A stretch of 64,000 bases of DNA from the NCBI GenBank assembly GCA_963664225.1, contig OY760937.1:448001-512000 (forward strand). The letters run 5' to 3'. The stretch's first letter is position 1. Each line of letters begins with the position of its first letter. The notes below the pieces were generated by a model. It worked only from the letters and a program-made list of their open reading frames with translations, was not told the DNA's origin and did not search any database. Made by a program: the position numbers and the translations under genes. Of this stretch, positions 1 through 8,499 are shown one piece after another. Origin of the DNA: Verrucomicrobiia bacterium (GTDB lineage: Bacteria > Verrucomicrobiota > Verrucomicrobiia > Limisphaerales > UBA1319).

Positions 1-68
1 CTTTTCAAGCCAATCAATGAAGGAAATAAAGAGATTGCAAACAGTTATTAATGTGCTAAAAATCAGTC

Positions 69-1709
69 ATGACAACAACGATGACGAAAGGAAACATTAT
101 TGATATTCTGGCCGTATCGCGTTTGAGCCTCATTTCAATGGTGCTTCTCTTATCCAGCCTGCCAACGCCGGTCAGAGCCGACACGTTTGGCGATTTCACC
201 TACACGACCAACAACTCTTCGATCACCATCACCGAATACAATGGTCCCGGAGGCAACGTGACCATTCCAGAGACCATCGGGGGTTTGCCCGTCATCCGTA
301 TCGGGGATCGCGCGTTCGATTCCTGCACCAGTCTGACGAATGTGACGATCCCTGACAGTGTCAGCAGCATCGGACCCAATGCGTTCGCTTGGTGCAAGAA
401 CCTGCCCAGCATCACGATTCCCAATAGCGTGACCAACATTGGGAACAGCGCGTTCGATTCCTGCATCAGCCTGACGAATGTCGCAATCCCTGACAGCGTC
501 AGCAGCATCGGATACGGTGTTTTCGCTAACTGCAAGAACCTGCCCGGCGTCACGATTCCCAATAGCGTGACCAATATCGGAACCCAGGCATTCCTGTTCT
601 GCACCGGCCTGACCAACGTAATCATTGGCAGTGGCGTCATCACTATTGGCAGCGAGTCCTTCTATGGCTGCATCCGCCTGACCGACACCACGATCCCCAA
701 TAGCGTCACCACCATCGGAGACTATGCGTTCTCTGGCTGCAGCAGCCTGTCCAGCATCACGATCCCCAACAGCGTCACCCGCATCGGGAACTATGCATTC
801 AATAATTGTGGATTGACCGGCATTACGCTCGGTAACAGCGTCACCAACATCGGAAGTTATGCCTTTGGCTGGTGCTACAGTCTGCCCAGCATCTCGCTCC
901 CTGCCAGCGTCACCAGCGTCGGAAACCTGGCGTTCAACCAATGCCGCAGCCTGTCAGCCATCTCTGTCGATGTTTCCAATGCCGTCTTTTGCAGTGTGGA
1001 CGGAGTCCTGTTCGATTACAGCGGGACGACACTCCTCGTATATCCACCCGCCAAAGCCGATCGTTACACCATCTCCAACAACGTCACCCGCATCGGTGAT
1101 GGGGCGTTTAATTACTGCACCAGCCTGACCAGTATCACGATTCCCGAAGGTGTCACCACCATCGGAAATGTGGCATTCAATGAATGCACTCGCCTGACCA
1201 GTGTCACCATTCCCAACAGCGTCACAAATATCGGGCACAGTGCGTTCGCCTACTCTGCCTTGACCAATGTCACGATCGGGAGCAGCGTCACCAGGCTCGG
1301 AAACAATGCGTTCGATTTCTGCGAAAACCTGGTGGATGTCTATTTTCGAGGGAATGCCCCCAGCCTTGGTTCGGGGGGGTTCTTCAGTGACGATAAAGCG
1401 ACGATTTATTACCTGCCGGGGACCACAGGCTGGGCAACGACTTTTAACGGACGTCCGACCTCAAAATGGGTGCTTCCGAATCCGGTGATTTTAAATTTCG
1501 GTCCCAGCTTTGGAGTGCAAACCAACGGATTCGGTTTCACCATCTCGTGGGCTACAAACGCGCCCGTCATCGTGGAAGCCTCCACCAATCCGGCCACTCC
1601 CAGTTGGTCTCCTGTGACTACCAACACACTCAGTGAGGGGACCGCGTATTTCCGTGATGCCGAGTGGGCCAATTATCCCAGTCGCATTTATCGCCTAAGA
1701 ACGCCTTAG
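69..1709 (+). CDS. Secreted BspA-type leucine-rich repeat (LRR_5) protein with a C-terminal beta-rich domain
   Basis: Signal peptide ending in VRA-D; many ~23-aa repeats of the type CTSLTSITIPNSVTNIGxxAF; C-terminus VEASTN...W...RIYRL. Confidence 0.9.
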   Translation: MTTTMTKGNIIDILAVSRLSLISMVLLLSSLPTPVRADTFGDFTYTTNNSSITITEYNGPGGNVTIPETIGGLPVIRIGDRAFDSCTSLTNVTIPDSVSSIGPNAFAWCKNLPSITIPNSVTNIGNSAFDSCISLTNVAIPDSVSSIGYGVFANCKNLPGVTIPNSVTNIGTQAFLFCTGLTNVIIGSGVITIGSESFYGCIRLTDTTIPNSVTTIGDYAFSGCSSLSSITIPNSVTRIGNYAFNNCGLTGITLGNSVTNIGSYAFGWCYSLPSISLPASVTSVGNLAFNQCRSLSAISVDVSNAVFCSVDGVLFDYSGTTLLVYPPAKADRYTISNNVTRIGDGAFNYCTSLTSITIPEGVTTIGNVAFNECTRLTSVTIPNSVTNIGHSAFAYSALTNVTIGSSVTRLGNNAFDFCENLVDVYFRGNAPSLGSGGFFSDDKATIYYLPGTTGWATTFNGRPTSKWVLPNPVILNFGPSFGVQTNGFGFTISWATNAPVIVEASTNPATPSWSPVTTNTLSEGTAYFRDAEWANYPSRIYRLRTP

Positions 1710-1878
1710 GAGTCGGGTGATAGACTGCTTAGATCACACAGAAAACAGGGCAAAGACGAAGCCGCCACAGATTCACATGGGGCAACACAGATTTGGAGCA
1801 TCGGAGGAAATCATCCGGGGGGGATGGCCTCCAAAACACTGGTCAGGGAGTCGGGTTTCGCGCTAGGGTGGGGCCAGA

Positions 1879-3051
1879 ATGAAGACGTTACACGGTTATT
1901 TGACGCGACAGGTATTGGCCACATTGGTCATGACCGTGGCTGTGTTCGCCTTCGTGCTGCTTTTGGGCAACGTGCTCAAGGAAATCCTGATGCTGCTGGT
2001 GAACCGTCAGGCCACACTCTGGCTGGTGATTCAGGCCATCGCGTTATTGGTTCCCTTTGTGCTCGTGTTTGCGCTGCCGATGGGAATGTTGACGGCCACG
2101 CTGCTGACCTTTGGGCGGTTCAGCGCGGATCAGGAATTGACGGCGGCGCGTTCCAACGGAATCAGCCTGTTGGCGCTGGCGATGCCGATCCTGGTTTTGA
2201 GCGTGGTCCTGAGCGGGTTGAGCGCGGTCTTCAATATGAAGCTGGGGCCGCAGTGCCGGGTGGCCTACAAGGACCTGCTCATGCAGTATGGAACGCGGCA
2301 GCCCACGTCGATCATCACCGAGGGCCGCTTCATCACCGATATTCCCGGTTACATCATTTATGTGAACAAGGTGAAGGACAATCACCTGGACGATGTGCTT
2401 TTTTGCAGGACCGAAAACGGACAGATTGTGCAGCGCATCCGGGCCGACAGCGGACAGTTGGTTCAGGGCACTAATTCGCGGCAATTCCTTCTTCAATTGA
2501 CCAACATCTCGATGACCATGTATCTGCCTGACAAGCAGGAATGGATTCCTACTTCGGCGGATGAAAACACGGTGACCGTGGATTTTAATTCCGCGTCAAA
2601 ATCGCGGGACAACCTCAATTACAGCGACATGACCTTTGCGCAATTGGTGGCGGAGAAGCGGCAGTTGGAGAAACTGCTGATGGAGCCGCCGGTGAAGGGG
2701 CAGACCAATGGCGCGGAAATGCGCAAGGAAATCCAGCGCATGAGCTCGATGAAAGAGGATCTGCTCATGCCGATCACGGTGCAGATGAACCAGCAGGTGG
2801 CCTTTTCCTTTGCGTGCATCGGGTTCACCCTGGTGGGCATTCCGCTGGGCATCCGGGCGCATCGTCGTGAAACCAGCGCCGGCATCGGAATCGCCCTGGT
2901 GTTGGTGTTGGTTTATTACAGTTTTATCATTCTGGCCCAATCCCAGCAAACCCACGCTGAATTCGCGCCGCAATTGATTGTCTGGCTGCCGAATATTGTT
3001 TTCCAGGCCGTTGGCGCCGTCCTGCTTTGGCGCGCGAACCGGGGCATTTGA
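1879..3051 (+). CDS. lptF: LptF/LptG (YjgP/YjgQ) family LPS export permease
   Basis: MKTLHGYLTRQ N-terminus, FGRFSADQELTAARSNGIS motif, 3+3 TM helices around a periplasmic domain, WLPNIV near the end. Confidence 0.85.
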   Translation: MKTLHGYLTRQVLATLVMTVAVFAFVLLLGNVLKEILMLLVNRQATLWLVIQAIALLVPFVLVFALPMGMLTATLLTFGRFSADQELTAARSNGISLLALAMPILVLSVVLSGLSAVFNMKLGPQCRVAYKDLLMQYGTRQPTSIITEGRFITDIPGYIIYVNKVKDNHLDDVLFCRTENGQIVQRIRADSGQLVQGTNSRQFLLQLTNISMTMYLPDKQEWIPTSADENTVTVDFNSASKSRDNLNYSDMTFAQLVAEKRQLEKLLMEPPVKGQTNGAEMRKEIQRMSSMKEDLLMPITVQMNQQVAFSFACIGFTLVGIPLGIRAHRRETSAGIGIALVLVLVYYSFIILAQSQQTHAEFAPQLIVWLPNIVFQAVGAVLLWRANRGI

Positions 3052-3102
3052 TTTCAATAACAAGGTTGACAGGCGGGCCGGGACCGGATGATGCTCCCGC
3101 CC

Positions 3103-4620
3103 ATGAATCACGCAAAATATCTCACGGCATTGTTGGCCGTATCCGCCCTGTCCATGGGGTTGGCACACCAGGCGCAGGCGGACGTCCGGCTGCCCGGGGT
3201 TTTCTCGGATCACATGGTTCTTCAACAAGGCGCGCGCACGGCCGTTTGGGGCTGGGCCGATGAAGGGGAAGCGGTCACCGTCCAATTCCGGACCCAAAAG
3301 GTTCAGGTCGTTGCCAAAAATGGCCAGTGGAGCGTCAGCCTGAAGAATTTGAAGGCGGGCGGCCCCGACACCCTGACCGTGACGGGTAAAAACACCCTCT
3401 CCCTTCACGATGTGCTGGTGGGTGAGGTCTGGGTCTGCAGCGGTCAGTCCAACATGGAATTTGCCATGAAAGGCTCGTTCCAAAGCCAGGCCGATATCGA
3501 GAATTCGACCAACCCGAACATCCGCTTTTTCACGGTGCCCAAGTTGAAAGCGAACACCCCAACGAACGATGTTCCCTCCTCGTGGCTGGAATGCAATCCG
3601 CAGTCCACCGTGTGGTTTTCGGCGGTGGGATATTATTTTGGACGCGATCTTCAGAAAGCCCGGGGCGTTCCCGTGGGGTTGATTCACACCTCCTGGGGTG
3701 GTTCGCCTGCGGAAGTCTGGATGAGCGAAAAAGCGCTGGAGTCAAACCCGGCCTACAAAAAAGATATTCTCGACGTTTATCCGGCTCAGTTGGCCCAATA
3801 CGAGCAGGATCTGGCGAAATGGAAGCAGGAGACCGCCGCCCTGGAGAAGGAGGGAAAGAAGCAAACCCGCTGGCAGCCCTGGCCTTCCTGGAAGCCCACG
3901 GAATTGTATAACGGCATGATCGCGCCGCTGATTCCCTACACGATCAAGGGCGCCATCTGGTATCAGGGCGAGTCCAATGCCGGGCGCGCCTGGCAGTATC
4001 GCACCTTGTATGCGGACATGATCCGCAATTGGCGGCTGGACTGGCATTCGGGCGATTTCACGTTCCTTTGCGTCCAATTGGCGCCGTTTACCAATATCCA
4101 GCCCGCTCCCGGCGAAAGTGACTGGGCGGAATTGCGCGAGGCTCAACTGATCTCCACCAAGGTTCTGCCCAAGGTCGGCATGGCGGTCATCACCGATGTG
4201 GGTGACGAGAAGGATATTCATCCCACGAAAAAAGAGCCGGTGGGCGCGCGCCTGGCCCTGGCGGCCCGCGGCATCGCCTATGGCGAGCGGATCGTCTATT
4301 CCGGCCCCGAGTATAAAAGCATGAAGGTCAAAGGCAGCGAGATTATTCTGAGCTTCAAATCCGTGGGTAGCGGACTCGAAGCCCGTGGCGGCGATCTGAA
4401 GGGCTTTGCCATTTGTGGCGCGGACAAGAAATTTGTCTGGGCCAAGGCCGAAATCAAGGGGAACAAAGTGGTCGTCAGCAGCCCTGACGTGGCCGCTCCT
4501 GTGGCGGTGCGTTATGGCTGGGCCAATTATCCCGTGGTCAACTTGTGGAACAAGGACGGCCTGCCGGCCACGCCGTTCCGCACGGACGACTTTACGATGA
4601 TTACGGCGCCCAAGCTGTAA
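3103..4620 (+). CDS. Sialate O-acetylesterase (SGNH/SASA) family secreted esterase
   Basis: GEVWVCSGQSNM, WYQGESN and DIHP motifs; signal peptide. Start moved from 3088 to ATG 3103 because a promoter-like sequence overlaps 3088. Confidence 0.88.
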   Translation: MNHAKYLTALLAVSALSMGLAHQAQADVRLPGVFSDHMVLQQGARTAVWGWADEGEAVTVQFRTQKVQVVAKNGQWSVSLKNLKAGGPDTLTVTGKNTLSLHDVLVGEVWVCSGQSNMEFAMKGSFQSQADIENSTNPNIRFFTVPKLKANTPTNDVPSSWLECNPQSTVWFSAVGYYFGRDLQKARGVPVGLIHTSWGGSPAEVWMSEKALESNPAYKKDILDVYPAQLAQYEQDLAKWKQETAALEKEGKKQTRWQPWPSWKPTELYNGMIAPLIPYTIKGAIWYQGESNAGRAWQYRTLYADMIRNWRLDWHSGDFTFLCVQLAPFTNIQPAPGESDWAELREAQLISTKVLPKVGMAVITDVGDEKDIHPTKKEPVGARLALAARGIAYGERIVYSGPEYKSMKVKGSEIILSFKSVGSGLEARGGDLKGFAICGADKKFVWAKAEIKGNKVVVSSPDVAAPVAVRYGWANYPVVNLWNKDGLPATPFRTDDFTMITAPKL

Positions 4621-4634
4621 TTTGAAGGCGTTTC

Positions 4635-4673
4635 AGGCGGATGGGCTGATCCAATGGTCCATCCGCTTTTTTT
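4635..4673 (+). terminator. Rho-independent terminator
   Basis: GCGGATGG...CCATCCGC stem followed by T7, just after the esterase stop. Confidence 0.75.
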
Positions 4674-4774
4674 ATGAACTCGTCGTGGTCGTTTTTATCA
4701 AATTCCAAAGTCCGCATGGTTTCTTAACGGAATATTGACGTTGAGCCCACTTTGACCGCTAATCTAGCGCACAC

Positions 4775-5386
4775 ATGAAAACACTTATTACCAGGATGGC
4801 GCGAAATATCGCCTTGGGTTGTCTCCTGCTGGCCTGCGTGGCCCCAACCGCGCGCAGCGCCGAAGCCGAGTGGACCACCCTATTTAACGGAAAAGACCTC
4901 ACCGGATGGACGGGGGTAAACGATGTAAGTTTTGAGGTCAAGGACGGCAATCTGCGCCTGGTTAAAGGCATGGGTTGGCTGCGCGCCGAAAAGGAATATG
5001 GCGATTTTGTATTGGAACTCGAGTTTCGCGCGTTGGAGGAAAAATATGACAGCGGCATTTATTTCCGCAGCGGACTCGTGGGCAAACCCTGGCCCGATGG
5101 CGGCTGGCAATTAAACCTGCGGTACGATGCCCTCGCCGGACTGGTCAAGGGCTACTCTCCCATCGTTCCCTCGGAGACGCCCAAGATCGCGTTGAACAAA
5201 TGGATGAAACTGCACCTGGTGGTCAAGGGTAAAAAGGTGACGCTGGATGTGGATGGCGAACGCGCCTGGGAATACGATGGCATTGATAAGGAGCGCGGCT
5301 ACATCGGCATTCAGGCTGAGAACAAATCGTTCGATTTCCGCAATATACGGATTCAGTCGCTCGCGAGTGACGCCCCGGCCAAGTAA
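4775..5386 (+). CDS. DUF1080 / 3-keto-disaccharide hydrolase family protein
   Basis: Signal peptide, WTTLFNGKDLTGW, YGDFVLELEF, GYIGIQ, FRNIRI motifs. Confidence 0.88.
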   Translation: MKTLITRMARNIALGCLLLACVAPTARSAEAEWTTLFNGKDLTGWTGVNDVSFEVKDGNLRLVKGMGWLRAEKEYGDFVLELEFRALEEKYDSGIYFRSGLVGKPWPDGGWQLNLRYDALAGLVKGYSPIVPSETPKIALNKWMKLHLVVKGKKVTLDVDGERAWEYDGIDKERGYIGIQAENKSFDFRNIRIQSLASDAPAK

Positions 5387-5406
5387 TCCGTTTCCGCAGA
5401 TTTTCG

Positions 5407-5450
5407 AAAAGGGTCCGTTTGGCAAATCAAAATGCTGAACGGACCTTTTT
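5407..5450. terminator. Bidirectional terminator between convergent genes
   Basis: AAAAGGGTCCGTTTGGCA...TGCTGAACGGACCTTTTT inverted repeat with A and T tails. Confidence 0.75.
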
Positions 5451-5451
5451 A

Positions 5452-6858
5452 TTATTTGCGCGCGAGCGCTTCAGAGGCCGGTTTATCTGCGGCATCGGCC
5501 ACTTGAGTGGGAGGCGCCAGAGAGGATAAATAATCACCCAGCGCCTGGACTTCATCGGGGGTGCCGACCATGGGAGGCATAAAGGCGCGATAAGGAGAGT
5601 CTGGTTTGTAATCGTGCAGAATCTTGAGGAGACTGCTGATGGCTTCGCGATTCCTGCCCGCCAGCAGACGTTTCATGGGACGATAGACATCCCGCGTATG
5701 GCAGGCCAGGCACTGACCACGAAAAATGGCTTCACCCCGCGCAAAAGTGTTCGTGGTAGCCGCTCCCTGGGCGACCCATAAAGTGTGCTTGAGATAGCCT
5801 TCCGCATTGATCTTCGCTACGTCGCTTTTTCGTACTCCGTTGGAGAACATGTGCTGGCCGATCACGTAGGGTTTGCGGAGCATCTCGCGGGCGTATTCGG
5901 TGGAGGCCGTCGCCATCAGCGCCAGAAACATCACGGCCAATGCGTGCGCGCGACTGAAATCGTTCGGCGTGCGCCAGGCGAAGAAATACACGACACCGGA
6001 TATCGTGGCCGAGGTCATGACGATGATCAGCACGGTGCGGGTGACCTGCGTGAACGCCCCGGTGCCAATGGTCGATATGCCGAATTGGAGCAACGCGCGC
6101 TGGCCCTCAGGCACCATCCACAAAAACCACGCCAGGCAAAACGGCATCAGCAGAAAAGCGGGGACGAGCCATTTGGCGCTCCAGCGCACGAGTTCCGTTT
6201 TAAGTTTGGCATTATTGGAAATCTCGATGCGGCTGCAGTTGAACAGCGCCCAAACACCGGCGAGCGATACGCAGGCCAGCGCCCTCAAGAACAGGCTTGG
6301 CCAGTAGGTGGGGTTAAAGAACGCCTGCCAGAATCGGCTGGCTTCATGGCCTGTGCCCGCGACTTCCAACCAGGATCCTCCGGGCGTGAGCATGAAGGTC
6401 AGAATGCCGTTGATGATGACCAGCGTGAAGATCGAGGCGACGGCATAGACGTAGCCAATCTTTAAATGCAATTCCTTCGAGACCCGCCCCCAAGTGTAGT
6501 AATAAACCGCCGCCGTGGTCAGCTCGACCATGAAGAAGACCCACTCGATGGCCCAGCCGAAGACGAAGTTGTGAATCAACGTGCTGGTGGCTTCGGGATT
6601 CGTGAGTCCAATGGAAAACCAGATGCCTACACCCGACACGGCTCCAAACACGCCGGTCAGCACCAGAAAGAACTTGGAGTGTTTGTGCAGGATTTCGAGC
6701 CAGTCCTTGCGGCCCTCGCGCAAGGCCTTGCTTTCCGCCATCGGCAGATAAAGGCCGCCTCCCACCGCAAAGTGGGAAATCATGACGTGAAAAATGGCTA
6801 TGATGCCAATCACCCAACCGCTGCCCAGGTGGGGAACATCCCAAAACGGATAATTCAT
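5452..6858 (-). CDS. Cytochrome bd subunit I (CydA)-like membrane protein fused to a C-terminal c-type heme domain
   Basis: CydA-like motifs IFHV, GAVSGVGI, WAIEWVFF, INGILTFMLTP, REMLRKPY; C-terminal CLACH plus FMPP (candidate distal Met). Confidence 0.75.
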   Translation of the reverse strand: MNYPFWDVPHLGSGWVIGIIAIFHVMISHFAVGGGLYLPMAESKALREGRKDWLEILHKHSKFFLVLTGVFGAVSGVGIWFSIGLTNPEATSTLIHNFVFGWAIEWVFFMVELTTAAVYYYTWGRVSKELHLKIGYVYAVASIFTLVIINGILTFMLTPGGSWLEVAGTGHEASRFWQAFFNPTYWPSLFLRALACVSLAGVWALFNCSRIEISNNAKLKTELVRWSAKWLVPAFLLMPFCLAWFLWMVPEGQRALLQFGISTIGTGAFTQVTRTVLIIVMTSATISGVVYFFAWRTPNDFSRAHALAVMFLALMATASTEYAREMLRKPYVIGQHMFSNGVRKSDVAKINAEGYLKHTLWVAQGAATTNTFARGEAIFRGQCLACHTRDVYRPMKRLLAGRNREAISSLLKILHDYKPDSPYRAFMPPMVGTPDEVQALGDYLSSLAPPTQVADAADKPASEALARK

Positions 6859-6886
6859 ATTACAACCAACATGTTAAAATACTTCA

Positions 6887-7966
6887 TTAGATCGCCAGAT
6901 ATCCCCAGACGGTTGTCACAATCGTCCCGATGAGCACCGCCAGACCGAAATAAGTGGCCACACGCGCGCGTCTTCCCGCAGGGGACTTGATGTTGTAAAG
7001 CGGCACCAGCATCCACAAAACGATGCCCAACGTGAATACGCCCATTCCCAGGAATTCACCCGCCACGCCGGGCACCCAATCGCCCAGCACCTTCAAGACT
7101 TGGAATTGGCTCATGAAATACCATTCCGGATGGATGCCTTTTGGCGCGGGCTTGAGGGAATCAGCCTGCACGCCCAAATCCCACGGAAACAGCGAGGCCA
7201 GCAGCGCGAGAATGTTCAGTGCGATGAGCCACATGGCCAGATCTTTGGCCATGAAATTTGGGAAAAACGGAATGCTCTTGCGCTCCGCCGGCGGTTTCAA
7301 TTCCTCCGAAGGGGGCACGGCATTTCCGTGTTTTTGCACGAGCCAGAGATGAAATCCGAGCAACGGCAGAAACAGCGCGGGCAGCACAACCACATGCAGG
7401 GCGAAGAACCGCTGAACGGTGAATTCGTTCACCTCAGTGCCACCGCGCGCCAGCGTGGCGATCGTATGTCCCAAAACAGGCATCGATTCGGGAATGGCCA
7501 GGCCGACTTTGGTGGCGAAATAGGCCAGTTCGTTCATCGGCAGCAAGTAGCCGCTGAATCCGAATACCATCGAGAGCATTAGTAATCCCATGCCGCTCCA
7601 CCAGCCGAATTCGCGCGGCTTCTGGTAGGCTTTCATGAAATAGACCGAGAACATATGGATGAAGATCGACGCAACCATCAGGTTCGCCGCCCAGGAATGG
7701 GCCGAGCGTATCAGCCAGCCAAAATTGATCTCGAAGGTCAATTGACGCACCGATTCAAACGCGTCCGGCCCGGGGCGGTAATAGACCAGCAGCAGCACGC
7801 CAGTGAAGGCTTGCACGAGGAAGAAAAACAGCGAGAGCCCGCCCCAGTAATACCAGGCGGAATGGCGATGGAGCGGGACGGTTTTCTTGCTGGCAAAATG
7901 AACCAAATCGGCCAGTCCCAGCCGGTCGTCCATCCAATGGTATATCGATCCCATCAACGCTTTCAT
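6887..7966 (-). CDS. petB: Cytochrome b of a Rieske/cytochrome b complex (b6 and subunit IV fused)
   Basis: Four heme His ligands (SAHSW, FIHMF, ALHVV, FHLW), FSGYLLP, PFFPNF, PEWY. Confidence 0.92.
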   Translation of the reverse strand: MKALMGSIYHWMDDRLGLADLVHFASKKTVPLHRHSAWYYWGGLSLFFFLVQAFTGVLLLVYYRPGPDAFESVRQLTFEINFGWLIRSAHSWAANLMVASIFIHMFSVYFMKAYQKPREFGWWSGMGLLMLSMVFGFSGYLLPMNELAYFATKVGLAIPESMPVLGHTIATLARGGTEVNEFTVQRFFALHVVVLPALFLPLLGFHLWLVQKHGNAVPPSEELKPPAERKSIPFFPNFMAKDLAMWLIALNILALLASLFPWDLGVQADSLKPAPKGIHPEWYFMSQFQVLKVLGDWVPGVAGEFLGMGVFTLGIVLWMLVPLYNIKSPAGRRARVATYFGLAVLIGTIVTTVWGYLAI

Positions 7967-8019
7967 CGGTTGCCCTGGAAAAAGTTAAATGTCATATCGC
8001 TCTTGTTTAGCGCTCTTGT

Positions 8020-8499
8020 TTAGGCGCGGGAAACGACCACCCCATCGGGAGTCACTTTGGCGTTGTAGCGTTTGAGGGGACGCGGCGGCGGGCCGCTGAC
8101 ATTTCCCCCGGTTTTGGGATCATAAACGCCGCCGTGGCAGGCGCAATGTATCCGGTTTTGCGCCGCCTCATATTCGACCGTGCATCCCAGATGAGTGCAG
8201 ACCGCGTCCAGCGCGACCCACGAATCATCCGCATGATGAATCAGTAAGGCCGGTTTCGAGCCAAACTTGAACATGAGCGAGGTGCCCTTGCCGAGTTTTT
8301 CGGCGTCTTTAAGGGTTACTTCCGTCACGGCTGTGGCATTTTCGGAGCGTTCCACAGGCGAGGCGAGATACCGGTAAACCGGGTATCCAATGGCCGCCGC
8401 GTAACACGCCCCCACGCCGCCCAAGGCGACACGAACAAAGGTGATCCGGCTCATTAAATCCGGCGCCGGTGTGTTGATTGCTGCTGGTTTATTCTTCAT
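8020..8499 (-). CDS. Rieske [2Fe-2S] protein
   Basis: CTHLGC and CACHGGVY boxes, GPPPRPL loop, Tat-like N-terminal anchor (SRITFV). Confidence 0.92.
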   Translation of the reverse strand: MKNKPAAINTPAPDLMSRITFVRVALGGVGACYAAAIGYPVYRYLASPVERSENATAVTEVTLKDAEKLGKGTSLMFKFGSKPALLIHHADDSWVALDAVCTHLGCTVEYEAAQNRIHCACHGGVYDPKTGGNVSGPPPRPLKRYNAKVTPDGVVVSRA

